From the IMG/VR virus record IMGVR_UViG_3300011338_000526: DNA of 64,000 bases, one strand, 5' to 3'. The stretch's first letter is position 1, and each line of letters starts with the position of its first letter. Of the stretch, positions 50,512 through 59,624 are shown piece after piece. The notes under the pieces are model-generated. The model was not told the DNA's origin and did not search any database. It worked only from the letters and a program-made list of their open reading frames with translations. This DNA comes from a virus (taxonomy: Duplodnaviria; Heunggongvirae; Uroviricota; Caudoviricetes). Position numbers and translations under genes: made by a program.

Positions 50512-50551
50512 AAGGGGTTAGCGGATTCGTTCTGCTAACCCCTTCTTTTTG
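50512..50551 (+). terminator. Terminator-like hairpin overlapping the third TAAG-TTGA repeat unit
   Basis: AAGGGGTTAGCGGA...TCTGCTAACCCCTT followed by CTTTTT. Confidence 0.65.
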
Positions 50552-50621
50552 TTCATTTTTATTTTCCTTGACTTTTTTTCAAAAATGGGGTATAATGGCT
50601 TTATCAAGAGGAGATAAGCTT

Positions 50622-50747
50622 ATGCGTGAACCGAATGTGCTCGATATTATTGGCGCGTTTTGCAATTTTTGTTTCTACGTCGTCGCCCCGCTCGGCTGCA
50701 TCGTCGGCATCGCGTTGGTTTTGCTTGATCTCGTGGGCTTGATTTAA
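50622..50747 (+). CDS. Small single-TM early protein
   Basis: Manual ORF, 41 aa; promoter and GAGGAG RBS. Confidence 0.55.
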   Translation: MREPNVLDIIGAFCNFCFYVVAPLGCIVGIALVLLDLVGLI

Positions 50748-50828
50748 ATTAACAAATTTTAACAAAATAGTCCTTGACTTTTTTTCAAAACCAAGCTATA
50801 ATGGCTTTATAGGAAAAGGAACAGATAA

Positions 50829-51101
50829 ATGACCGCTAACGAAATCTCTAAGGCTATCCTCGCTCTTTCGTCCTTCGACGATATTCGGGCAGTTTCCGCT
50901 GCCCTGAAGATCCGGCACCGGGAGCTGCAGCAGCGCGCTGCCTGGACCCTCGGCGTGGGTTCGAAGGTTCAGTTTCAGGATAAGCTGGGTCGAACGATCA
51001 TCGGCGCTGTCACGAAGATCAACTCTAAGACCGTTCAGGTTCGGGCTGACGGCAACTTCGCTACCTGGCGGGTGACGCCGAGCCTTCTTCGGGCTGCGTA
51101 A
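50829..51101 (+). CDS. Hypothetical early protein (SH3/KOW-like C-terminus)
   Basis: L.VG.KV.F...G.VTKIN.KTV.V...WRV.PSLL. Confidence 0.65.
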   Translation: MTANEISKAILALSSFDDIRAVSAALKIRHRELQQRAAWTLGVGSKVQFQDKLGRTIIGAVTKINSKTVQVRADGNFATWRVTPSLLRAA

Positions 51102-51184
51102 AATTAACAAAAAAATAACAAAATAGTCCTTGACTTATTTCTGAAACCAGGTTATAATGGTTTTATAAGATGAGAGGAATTGAG

Positions 51185-51568
51185 ATGACCTACACGTTCG
51201 ACGATTCGATCCTTTCCGACCTGCATAAGGAAGCCTTCGGCTTTCGCCCCTCGAGCTCGTACTACACTCACTGGCGCTCGCTGACGGACGACGAGAAGCA
51301 GATTGAGTGGGAGAATCTTTGCGCAGCGTCCGAGCAGAGCGAGCAGGATGAGCGCGACGCCGAGGCGCGCAACTACACCAGGTGGCAGACGCGAATCGAA
51401 GATCTCATTCAGATGGGTGCTGGGGATAAGGTTACGGCTATCCGCTGGGACATGCAGGCGCAGAAGGCTGAGCCTGGTGAGGTCAGCTTCTACTGCTACG
51501 CCTGCGGGCTGAGCTGGCGAGTGGAGGATGAGATCCATGCCATCCTCAAGGAAGACGGAGAAGACTGA
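51185..51568 (+). CDS. Hypothetical early protein
   Basis: YTFDD..LSDLHKEAFGFRP; GA.D..TAIRW. Confidence 0.7.
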   Translation: MTYTFDDSILSDLHKEAFGFRPSSSYYTHWRSLTDDEKQIEWENLCAASEQSEQDERDAEARNYTRWQTRIEDLIQMGAGDKVTAIRWDMQAQKAEPGEVSFYCYACGLSWRVEDEIHAILKEDGED

Positions 51569-51720
51569 TGGAAGATATCTCGCAAAAGTATTGCGATTAT
51601 ATGATTGAGATGTTCTCGGGCGACCCAGGTGATTACCGATGGACAGATGATCATCATCGCATGGCTCGCCTTGTGAAGGCTCTTCGTGACAAGCTGAATG
51701 AATATGAAGGGAAGACTTAA
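51568..51720 (+). CDS. Small hypothetical protein
   Basis: Manual ORF, 50 aa; TGATG coupling. Confidence 0.5.
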   Translation: MEDISQKYCDYMIEMFSGDPGDYRWTDDHHRMARLVKALRDKLNEYEGKT

Positions 51721-51972
51721 ATGAACAAGCTTTGGATTCTTCGTCCCCGCGTTGCCGTCGGTTTCACTAGGTCCCCCTGGGAACCGTGGTACGACAAAAC
51801 CTTCGGCATGATTGTTCGTGCTGTGAGCGAGAGGTCCGCGCGGAGTATCGCTGCTCAGGGTTGCGCCTATGAGGGCGAAGAGGCTTGGCTCAATAGCGAC
51901 TACTCAACCTGCATCGAGCTCGTCCCTGAAGGCAACGCTGGCGTGATTATGGTGGATCATGCCAGGGCATAA
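51721..51972 (+). CDS. Hypothetical protein
   Basis: PWYDK.FG..VRA.SE..AR. Confidence 0.6.
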   Translation: MNKLWILRPRVAVGFTRSPWEPWYDKTFGMIVRAVSERSARSIAAQGCAYEGEEAWLNSDYSTCIELVPEGNAGVIMVDHARA

Positions 51973-52031
51973 TAGGGCTTGACTTATTATCAAGTTCAGC
52001 GTATGATAGCTTATAAAGAGGAGACGGGGAT

Positions 52032-52343
52032 ATGATCACGGAAGAAATCTTGCTTGCTGCTGGCTATCGGCGCTACGAAGATTCTTTTTCTAACGCTGAT
52101 TGGCTTTACCGGAAGCGAATTTGGGACGAGAATGGCAACACGGATTATTTTATCAACCTGTATTATTATAAGTTTGAAAATCAAGTCGTGTGGGAACTGG
52201 ACATGTCATTCGAACGCAATGATCCTTTGTTTGACTACGTTTATGTCAAAACTCGCGTGAAGGAAGATTGCAACGTCGAAGACGTAGAAGCTATCGCGGC
52301 TAAGATTTTTGTTTCAATGGATGGGGTGGCATATGACGATTGA
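52032..52343 (+). CDS. Hypothetical early protein
   Basis: Promoter at 51979 and RBS. Confidence 0.6.
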   Translation: MITEEILLAAGYRRYEDSFSNADWLYRKRIWDENGNTDYFINLYYYKFENQVVWELDMSFERNDPLFDYVYVKTRVKEDCNVEDVEAIAAKIFVSMDGVAYDD

Positions 52344-52354
52344 GGAGTTATGGT

Positions 52355-52627
52355 GTGAATAAACAGTCTGTCGATCTTCTTATCCCGATCTTCGATCAGA
52401 TCTTCCGGCAGACGCTTGTCGACGAAGACGGAAACAAGCTAGACACCGAAAAATCATTATGGCGGCTGCTAAAATATTGCTGCTTTCTAGAAGAGCTGAT
52501 CTACGAGCTCGTACCGGATGAGCTAGCCGGATACATTCTTAAACGCATTGTGGCGGCAGGAACCAAAGATGCAACTGATGAAGCCGATATTCACGACGAC
52601 GAAGACGAGCCAGGGTCCTTCTACTAA
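52355..52627 (+). CDS. Hypothetical protein
   Basis: GTG start with GAGGAG RBS. Confidence 0.5.
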   Translation: MNKQSVDLLIPIFDQIFRQTLVDEDGNKLDTEKSLWRLLKYCCFLEELIYELVPDELAGYILKRIVAAGTKDATDEADIHDDEDEPGSFY

Positions 52628-52952
52628 GTCTAAGAAGCAGATCCAGGCTAAGGCTGAGCACGAGGCTTGGCTCCGTAAGAACGGTGTGCACCCTGAGCAG
52701 CTGACCAAAGCCAAGCTTCATAAGAACACTCTGCCCTCTTATAAGGTTGAGAAGGTTCAGCTTGGTAATACGATCGTCGATGGCGGTCGAGTGAGGGGCA
52801 TTATGGCTAACATTCATAACGAACCTAAGCACGTTCAGGCAGAGATCAAGGCTAAGGCTGCCTCAGTCACGCCTCTCTATAACAAGGGTGGCTACGCTGT
52901 GGCTGTGAAATCTGATGGTAACTGCCTGGGTAGCAGCAGCCGAAGAATGTAA
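52569..52952 (+). CDS. Basic hypothetical protein
   Basis: H..WL.K.G..PEQ; PLYNKGGY motif. Confidence 0.6.
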   Translation: MQLMKPIFTTTKTSQGPSTKSKKQIQAKAEHEAWLRKNGVHPEQLTKAKLHKNTLPSYKVEKVQLGNTIVDGGRVRGIMANIHNEPKHVQAEIKAKAASVTPLYNKGGYAVAVKSDGNCLGSSSRRM

Positions 52953-53019
52953 AAAAAGTGCTTGACTTTTTCTAGAAAATAGGTTATAATGCCTATATAA
53001 GATCAGAAGGAGAAACATC

Positions 53020-53205
53020 ATGTTCGAATACAAGTGCACTTATTCTGAGGTTGAAGGCAAGCTGGGTTCCAAGAACTATGGCTTCCTCGTCGATCGCGTG
53101 AAGAAGTTCCCGACGTTTGCCGAGGCTGTTAGCTTCTCGCGTATGATCGCTAACACCAGCACCAATATGGTTGGGCGTCCTATCGTCGAAGAGGTTGAGA
53201 AGTGA
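53020..53205 (+). CDS. Hypothetical early protein
   Basis: Promoter at 52962 and AAGGAG RBS. Confidence 0.6.
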   Translation: MFEYKCTYSEVEGKLGSKNYGFLVDRVKKFPTFAEAVSFSRMIANTSTNMVGRPIVEEVEK

Positions 53206-53330
53206 CGCCATACCAGCAAAGGCTCTTTGACACGCTGAACGATATCAAGCGAGCGATCGCAGACGACGATAAGCAGCATCTTGCAATTTTGTTTGATCGT
53301 ATCGAAAAAGAGATTATCAACAGGCGCTAA
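53202..53330 (+). CDS. Small hypothetical protein
   Basis: Manual ORF, 42 aa; GTGA coupling. Confidence 0.45.
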   Translation: MTPYQQRLFDTLNDIKRAIADDDKQHLAILFDRIEKEIINRR

Positions 53331-53605
53331 TTGCTAGGCTGCTGGGTTGTGCGCTGAGCATTTTCTAAGAACGTTCTCAGCGCAGTCATGCTGTTCTTAC
53401 AGACTGCATTGTTCTGATATAGCTGCACAATCAACCTAGCAACCTGAACGTCAGTGAGCGTTGCTGACTGGGGTAGCGTATCAACGGTTGGGCAATTGAA
53501 CAACGCCTCTTCGGGCATGACCACAACCGTGTTCGTTCTAATCAAGGCTGGTTTGCTACCGCATGCAGCCAAGACCAGTAGCGTGGCTAGTAGAAGCATT
53601 CTCAT
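53327..53605 (-). CDS. o-spanin (Rz1-like lipoprotein)
   Basis: Lipobox LAAC; Pro/Cys-containing periplasmic part. Confidence 0.75.
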   Translation of the reverse strand: MRMLLLATLLVLAACGSKPALIRTNTVVVMPEEALFNCPTVDTLPQSATLTDVQVARLIVQLYQNNAVCKNSMTALRTFLENAQRTTQQPSN

Positions 53606-53970
53606 TGCTGGTTTTCCGTTCTAAGACGATCAAGCGTCTGCTTGATAATGTCGGATGCGGGTCTGTCCTGGGCTTGCGAAGAAGATAGGAATCTATCAAT
53701 GCTTCCCATCCTTCTGCCCAGTGCTTCATTTTGTTGGGTAAGAGCACGCGAAGCTGCAGCTTGTTGAGCCGCAATTTCTTGTTGCTGTCTTATAAACTCG
53801 GCTTGATCCTTAGCAGCCTGTTCCAGCTGCTGCATATTAAACTCAACCAAAGCTTGTTGGCGGATGTTGTGTTTCCAGACGTAGTAAGTGGTTGTTATCG
53901 CGCCAATCGAAAAGATTGCGATAAATAGGTATACGGTTATCTTGCTTAGACCGAACATATCAACCACCAT
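53602..53970 (-). CDS. i-spanin (Rz-like)
   Basis: N-terminal TM followed by a Q/A-rich coiled coil; overlaps the o-spanin start. Confidence 0.7.
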   Translation of the reverse strand: MVVDMFGLSKITVYLFIAIFSIGAITTTYYVWKHNIRQQALVEFNMQQLEQAAKDQAEFIRQQQEIAAQQAAASRALTQQNEALGRRMGSIDRFLSSSQAQDRPASDIIKQTLDRLRTENQQ

Positions 53971-54219
53971 TTGCTGAGTTTTTGCATGAATAATCCTCCA
54001 AGGCTAGTCGCTAAAAAGCTACAACTTGTTCCAGAGAAAACCATCAGACAAGCTTCTAAAGACCCGTTGTTAGACGGGGAACCTAACTCGTTTATTTATG
54101 CTCTGGAGAGTGGCAAGGTGTTCAAAGACAACGACCTCACTCCCGTTTACCTTCTAGAGCATAACACGATGACGATCTACGTCACATCTAAACAACACCT
54201 CAAAAAAATGTTTCACTAG
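53971..54219 (-). CDS. Hypothetical protein
   Basis: ORF upstream of the spanins; start uncertain. Confidence 0.45.
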
Positions 54220-54221
54220 GG

Positions 54222-54252
54222 TTGACTTTCCAAGAAAAGTAGCGTATAAATA
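54222..54252 (+). promoter_or_regulatory. Composite early/late promoter
   Basis: TTGACT-N17-TATAAATA. Confidence 0.7.
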
Positions 54253-54308
54253 ACTCGCGTCGCCTTTCAGGGACGCTAAACAACAATCTCGCTTAACAGG
54301 AGAATGAG

Positions 54309-54809
54309 ATGACTTTTTGGAAGACTTATAACGTCGATTCGACTAACTTCGACAAGTTCTTTGTAGGATCGGATAAGATCGCAAAGGCACTGGCTGATAA
54401 CGCTGCTTGGCTGGCTAACAACGCAACTGCGTCCTATCCCCCATTCAATCTCAAGAAGGTTGAAGATAACAAGTATGTTATCGAAATGGCTGTCGCCGGA
54501 TTCTCGAAGCATGACATTGAGCTCACGCTTGAGGATAACAAGCTGCTGATCAAGGGTAGCACATCCGTTGATACAAAGAGCGAAGGTAACGAAGCCTATC
54601 TGCATAAGGGAATTGCGGATCGCGGATTCACTCGCCAGTTCACGCTGGCTGACAATGTTGAAATCCACAACGCTAATCTGATGAATGGCATGCTCAAGAT
54701 TTGGCTGGAGCACGTGATCCCAGAATCAAAGAAGCCAAAGAAGATTGATATCACTGATTCCGATAAGGGTTCGGACAAATCTTCTAGCAAGCAATTCTTT
54801 TCGGAGTAA
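54309..54809 (+). CDS. Small heat shock protein (Hsp20/IbpA family)
   Basis: YPPFN, IEMAVAGF, YLHKGIA.R.F.RQF.LAD, A.L.NG.L.I.L. Confidence 0.95.
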   Translation: MTFWKTYNVDSTNFDKFFVGSDKIAKALADNAAWLANNATASYPPFNLKKVEDNKYVIEMAVAGFSKHDIELTLEDNKLLIKGSTSVDTKSEGNEAYLHKGIADRGFTRQFTLADNVEIHNANLMNGMLKIWLEHVIPESKKPKKIDITDSDKGSDKSSSKQFFSE

Positions 54810-54814
54810 GAATA

Positions 54815-55003
54815 ATGTCTTTTAATTGTGTAACTCGCGCAGCAGCTAAGTCTGTTGAGTGGGTTCGAAACACTATGGCGTTCAATCGCGAGTTGAATGA
54901 TCTCAACAAAATGACTGACAGGGAACTGCGGGACATGGGGCTTTCGAGGTGCGATGTCAAGGCACTCGCCAAGAACCTCAGGAACCATCCGGTGGGTCTA
55001 TAA
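54815..55003 (+). CDS. DUF1127 (YjiS-like) small protein
   Basis: RELNDL..MTDRELRDMGLSR.DV. Confidence 0.8.
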   Translation: MSFNCVTRAAAKSVEWVRNTMAFNRELNDLNKMTDRELRDMGLSRCDVKALAKNLRNHPVGL

Positions 55004-55009
55004 CAACTG

Positions 55010-55033
55010 GGGAGCTTCGGCTCCCCTTTTTCA
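55010..55033 (+). terminator. Rho-independent terminator
   Basis: GGGGAGC-TTCG-GCTCCCC followed by T5. Confidence 0.9.
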
Positions 55034-55047
55034 TTAGGAGTTGAAAC

Positions 55048-55443
55048 ATGAAATTGTCCGATAGAGATAAGCAAAGATTGCAGGGTGTCCATCCTGACCT
55101 CGTTGCTGTTATTACAAAAGCAAGAGCCAGCTCGCAATTCGTGGTGCTAGAAGGATTGAGAACCAAAGAGCGCCAAGCTCAGTTACTGGCAAAGGGTGCG
55201 TCTACAACAATGAACAGCAGACATATCACAGGTCATGCTGTTGATATCGCTCCCTGGATGGATGACGGCGATGGTGTGGTTGAGAACGGAGAAATCCGCT
55301 GGGACTGGCCATTGTATCATCCTATGGCTGCGGCTGTGAAGAAGGCTGCTGCTGATCTGAATGTTAAAATTGTTTGGGGCGGCGACTGGAAGAGCTTCAA
55401 GGACGGACCTCACTTCGAGCTTGATAGAAAGTTCTACCCATGA
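55048..55443 (+). CDS. Endolysin, M15 family L-Ala-D-Glu peptidase
   Basis: EG.RT.ERQ, SRH.TGHAVD, WGGDW.SF.DGPHFEL. Confidence 0.92.
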   Translation: MKLSDRDKQRLQGVHPDLVAVITKARASSQFVVLEGLRTKERQAQLLAKGASTTMNSRHITGHAVDIAPWMDDGDGVVENGEIRWDWPLYHPMAAAVKKAAADLNVKIVWGGDWKSFKDGPHFELDRKFYP

Positions 55444-55509
55444 CGTAGGTTTGGCTTGACTTATGGTCACCAATAGGGTATAATGTATGATGAGCGAAAG
55501 AGGTGACGT

Positions 55510-58008
55510 ATGTTTTTCTACACTAATGTTTTTGTCAGGGGCGATAAAGTCTATCTACGCGGGTACAAAGATGGGCGTAGGTTTTCTGACGTAATCAACT
55601 ACAAGCCTTACCTCTTCGTACCGTCGGAGGGTAAGACCAGCACAAACTACAAGACACTCACTGGTCGCCCGGTCGTTAAGATGGACTTCGACTCTATTTC
55701 GAGCGCGCGCGATTTCATCAAGCGTTACGAGGAAGTTTCAAACTACGAAATCTTTGGGTTGACTAACTTTCAATACCTCTTCATTCACGATAAGTTCTTT
55801 GGTGAGATGCAATACGACGCATCTCAAATCAACATCATCGGCATCGACATCGAAACTGATTCGTCCGATGGCTTTCCCGACATTGAGAAAGCTGACAAGG
55901 AAGTGACCGCTATCACCCTCAGCCGCAAGGGCGAGAAGGTGCTGCTTGGAATGAAGGACTACAAACCTGCCGATAACGTCGAGTATATTAAGTGCAAGGA
56001 CGAGTGGCATCTTCTCAACAACTTCCTCAAGATCTGGCAGTCCGGTCGTTACCAGCCTGATATCGTGACCGGCTGGAACATCGAGTTCTTCGACATCCCG
56101 TATCTGGTGAACCGTATCACTAACGTCTTGGGCTCGCATGAGGCAAAGAAGCTTTCGCCTTGGGGCGTGCTTGAGGAACGCACGATCGAGATTCGTGGGC
56201 GCGACAACCAGACGTATACTCCTGCTGGTATCAACGTTCTCGATTACCTCAATCTCTATAAGAAGTTCAAGTTTGAGATGCAGGAGAGCTATAAGCTTGA
56301 CTCTATCGCGGAGAAGGAACTCGGCGTAAAGAAGCTTGACTATTCTGAGTACGGTTCGCTTGATGGTCTTTATGTCAACAACCCTCAGAAGTTCTATGAC
56401 TATAACGTTCATGACGTCACGCTGATCGACATGCTCGAGGAGAAGCTCGGGTTCATTGAGCTTGTCATTGCCTTTGCCTATGACGCCAAGGTTAACTATG
56501 GCGACACTATGACGACCGTTCGACCCTGGGACGTGATCATTCACAACTATCTGCTTGATCGTAACATTGTCATCCACCAGTTCAAGAAGTCTCCGAACTA
56601 CGAGAATTTGATCGGCGGATACGTCAAGGAACCGAAGATCGGTATGAACAGGTGGGTTGTTTCATTCGACTTGAACAGCCTCTATCCTCACCTGATCATG
56701 CAGTATAACATCAGCCCCGAGATGATGGTCGGTCGCGAGCAGTACTTTCCTACAGTCGAATCGATCATTGACGGCTACGCAGTCATTGAAGGTCCGGACG
56801 CAGTAGCTGCCAACGGAGTGAAGTTCCGCAAGGACAGTCAGGGGTTCCTGGCTGCGCTGATGGAGAAGATGTATGATGATCGCGCTGCCTATAAGAAAAA
56901 GATGCTAGAGGCGAAACAGAAGCTGGAGACTATTCCGAAGGATCGAACCGAAGAACGCAGATTGATCGGTAACGATATCGCCAGGTATCACAACCTTCAG
57001 CTTGCCAAGAAGATTCAGCTAAACTCAGCCTACGGCGCTCTCGGTAACGAATGGTTCCGTTGGTTCAGCTTTGATATGGCTGAGGCGATCACTATGTCCG
57101 GTCAGCTGTCTATTCGTTGGATCGAACGCAAGATGAATGAGTATCTCAATCGCATTCTAAAGACGACCAAGGTCGACTACGTGATCGCGTCGGATACTGA
57201 CTCTATCTACGTCAACATGGAGCCTATGGTCAAGACGCTTGAGACCGACGACCCGTTGAAGATTGTGGCTGCGATCGACTCGTTCTGCGAGGGTCCGATT
57301 CAGAAGATGATCAACAAGTCGTATGAGGAACTAGCCTCGTACATGAATGCCTATAAGCAGAAGATGATCATGAAGCGAGAGACCATCGCTGACAAGGGCA
57401 TCTGGCGCGGCAAGAAGATGTATATTCTTAACGCCTGGAACGTCGAGGGCGTTCAATATAGCGAACCTCAGCTGAAGATTCAGGGGATTGAGGCTGTTCG
57501 GTCTTCAACGCCAAAGTCTTGCAGGTCTAGCATCAAGGAAGCGATCAAGCTCATCATGAACAGCGATGAGGCAGCAGTCCAGAATTATATTGCTAATTTC
57601 AAGACCAAGTTCATGAGCCTTCCGTTCGAGGAGGTTGCCTTTCCTCGCGGAATGAAGGGTCTTGATAAGTATAAGGATCGGTCCAACATCTACATCAAGG
57701 GAACTCCGATTCATGTCAAGGGCGCTTTGCTCTATAATGATCTGATCACGCGCAAAGGATTGACGCGAAAGTATCAGTTGATCGGCGACGGCGATAAGGT
57801 GAAGTTCGCTTATCTCAAGCTGCCCAACATCTTGAACGACACTGTTATCTCAGTTCTCGAAGATCTTCCGGAAGAGCTCGGCTTACAAAAGTATATCGAC
57901 TATGATATGCAGTTTCAGAAGTGCTTCCTAGATCCGATCAAGTCGATCCTTGAGATCATCGGTTGGGATACAGAACAGCGCAGCAATCTGGAAAGCTTTT
58001 TCGGCTGA
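55510..58008 (+). CDS. gp43: DNA polymerase (family B)
   Basis: DIET exonuclease motif, SFDLNSLYP, KIQLNS.YG, DTDS, KKMY, RSSTP. Confidence 0.98.
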   Translation: MFFYTNVFVRGDKVYLRGYKDGRRFSDVINYKPYLFVPSEGKTSTNYKTLTGRPVVKMDFDSISSARDFIKRYEEVSNYEIFGLTNFQYLFIHDKFFGEMQYDASQINIIGIDIETDSSDGFPDIEKADKEVTAITLSRKGEKVLLGMKDYKPADNVEYIKCKDEWHLLNNFLKIWQSGRYQPDIVTGWNIEFFDIPYLVNRITNVLGSHEAKKLSPWGVLEERTIEIRGRDNQTYTPAGINVLDYLNLYKKFKFEMQESYKLDSIAEKELGVKKLDYSEYGSLDGLYVNNPQKFYDYNVHDVTLIDMLEEKLGFIELVIAFAYDAKVNYGDTMTTVRPWDVIIHNYLLDRNIVIHQFKKSPNYENLIGGYVKEPKIGMNRWVVSFDLNSLYPHLIMQYNISPEMMVGREQYFPTVESIIDGYAVIEGPDAVAANGVKFRKDSQGFLAALMEKMYDDRAAYKKKMLEAKQKLETIPKDRTEERRLIGNDIARYHNLQLAKKIQLNSAYGALGNEWFRWFSFDMAEAITMSGQLSIRWIERKMNEYLNRILKTTKVDYVIASDTDSIYVNMEPMVKTLETDDPLKIVAAIDSFCEGPIQKMINKSYEELASYMNAYKQKMIMKRETIADKGIWRGKKMYILNAWNVEGVQYSEPQLKIQGIEAVRSSTPKSCRSSIKEAIKLIMNSDEAAVQNYIANFKTKFMSLPFEEVAFPRGMKGLDKYKDRSNIYIKGTPIHVKGALLYNDLITRKGLTRKYQLIGDGDKVKFAYLKLPNILNDTVISVLEDLPEELGLQKYIDYDMQFQKCFLDPIKSILEIIGWDTEQRSNLESFFG

Positions 58009-58094
58009 TGTCTTGGGATAATGTAGGACCGAACCATTGCAGTATGGACGGCACACCAATCAAACGAACGAAAGAAAAAGAGAGACCTGTAAAG

Positions 58095-58319
58095 ATGGAT
58101 GAAGATTATGACTTCGGATTTTCCTTCACGACGGAGGAGGAGCTTACTGTTGTTAGGGAGAACACCGAGAAGGTTTTGAAGCTACGTGATATGATTATGC
58201 CTCTGCTCGTGAACCTTAAGAAGGATCCCGACAAGGACGTCATCAAGTGGGACGGCGCTGCTCGTATCAAGAGTATCGACTCGTTCATCAAGAAGATGAA
58301 CAAACTGATTGACGAATGA
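58095..58319 (+). CDS. Small hypothetical protein between gp43 and uvsX
   Basis: DFGF.F...EE; PLL.NL.K.PDKD.I.W. Confidence 0.65.
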   Translation: MDEDYDFGFSFTTEEELTVVRENTEKVLKLRDMIMPLLVNLKKDPDKDVIKWDGAARIKSIDSFIKKMNKLIDE

Positions 58320-58363
58320 GCGATTTCAGCGTATAATGAAATATTACCATTGGAGGACTTACA

Positions 58364-59416
58364 ATGTCACTACGCGAACGACTGATTAAAAACAGCACTA
58401 TCGATTTCACAGCAACGCTTGCTGATTCAAAAATCTTTGGTAAGAAGGATATGATCCCCACTCGGGTTCCTATGATCAACGTCGCGCTGTCGGGCAGCAT
58501 CGACGGCGGATTGACGCCTGGGCTTACCGTGCTTGCCGCGCCATCAAAGCACTTCAAGACTGCTTTCAGCCTTTTGCTGGCTTCTGCTTTCTTGAAGGCA
58601 AATCCTGACGGCATTATTTTGTTCTATGACTCCGAGTTCGGAACACCAGAGTCATACTTCACTTCTTTCGGCGTGCCACTGGATTCCGTGGTCCATACAC
58701 CTATCACGGACATTGAGCAGCTTAAGTTTGATGTCATGCATCAGTTGAGTGAGATCAAGCGTAACGATAAGATCATGATCGTCATCGACTCGGTCGGCAA
58801 CTTGGCTTCAAAGAAGGAAGTTGAAGACGCGATGAAGCAAAGCTCGGCTGCTGACATGACTCGCGCGAAGCAGCTGAAGTCTCTGTTCCGCATGGTCACA
58901 CCACACCTGACCCTCAAGGACATTCCTATGGTCGTGGTCAATCACGTCTACATGACTCAGGAAATGTATTCTAAGGCTGTCGTTAGTGGTGGCACAGGTA
59001 TCTACTACTCAGCCGACAACATCTGGATTATTGGTCGCCAGCAGGATAAGGACGACAAGGAACTGCTTGGCTATCACTTTGTGATTAACATTGAGAAGTC
59101 TCGTTACCTAAAGGAAAAGTCCAAGATCCCGATCACAGTCAGCTTTGACTCTGGTATCAATAAGTGGTCTGGTTTGCTTGACTTGGCGCTTGAAGGAAAG
59201 TTCATCACGAAGCCTAAGCAGGGTTGGTATGCTCGTGTCGATCAGGAGACCGGCGAGATTGTTGGCAAGAATTATCGTGCTGGCGATATCGTTGACAACG
59301 GCGACTTCTGGAAGTCAATCTTCGAAGAGACTAACTTCGCCGCATGGATCAAGAATCATTATTCTTTGGGTTCGGGTGCCATTATGAGCGAGGATAGAGT
59401 TGATGACGAAGAGTAA
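58364..59416 (+). CDS. uvsX: RecA-like recombinase UvsX
   Basis: AAPSKHFKT, FYDSEFG, IDSVGNLASKKE, DMTRAK, VSGGTG..YS. Confidence 0.96.
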   Translation: MSLRERLIKNSTIDFTATLADSKIFGKKDMIPTRVPMINVALSGSIDGGLTPGLTVLAAPSKHFKTAFSLLLASAFLKANPDGIILFYDSEFGTPESYFTSFGVPLDSVVHTPITDIEQLKFDVMHQLSEIKRNDKIMIVIDSVGNLASKKEVEDAMKQSSAADMTRAKQLKSLFRMVTPHLTLKDIPMVVVNHVYMTQEMYSKAVVSGGTGIYYSADNIWIIGRQQDKDDKELLGYHFVINIEKSRYLKEKSKIPITVSFDSGINKWSGLLDLALEGKFITKPKQGWYARVDQETGEIVGKNYRAGDIVDNGDFWKSIFEETNFAAWIKNHYSLGSGAIMSEDRVDDEE

Positions 59417-59624
59417 AGTCGTATCCACTTTCTACAGTGATGACCTAGAGCTAGAGTCAAGAGTCGTGGTTCTCGGCTCTAGGATGTTTGTCGACTTTTA
59501 CAAGGGCGAAACTCTGGTTGAGTCGAAGGAAGTTGTGGGGCATAGTATCAGTTACGCGGAGGACATGGCTGAAAACTATGTCCTCGGCATCCTAAAGATT
59601 GATACTGAAAAGATGGAGATTTGA
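59400..59624 (+). CDS. Small hypothetical protein between uvsX and gp41
   Basis: AEDMAENYVLG motif; coupled ORF. Confidence 0.6.
   Translation: MMTKSKVVSTFYSDDLELESRVVVLGSRMFVDFYKGETLVESKEVVGHSISYAEDMAENYVLGILKIDTEKMEI

Noticed and set aside
55738-56577. 279-aa minus-strand ORF
   Set aside because: Shadow of gp43.
59400-59624. gp40 assignment by synteny
   Set aside because: Position fits, but no recognisable sequence similarity.
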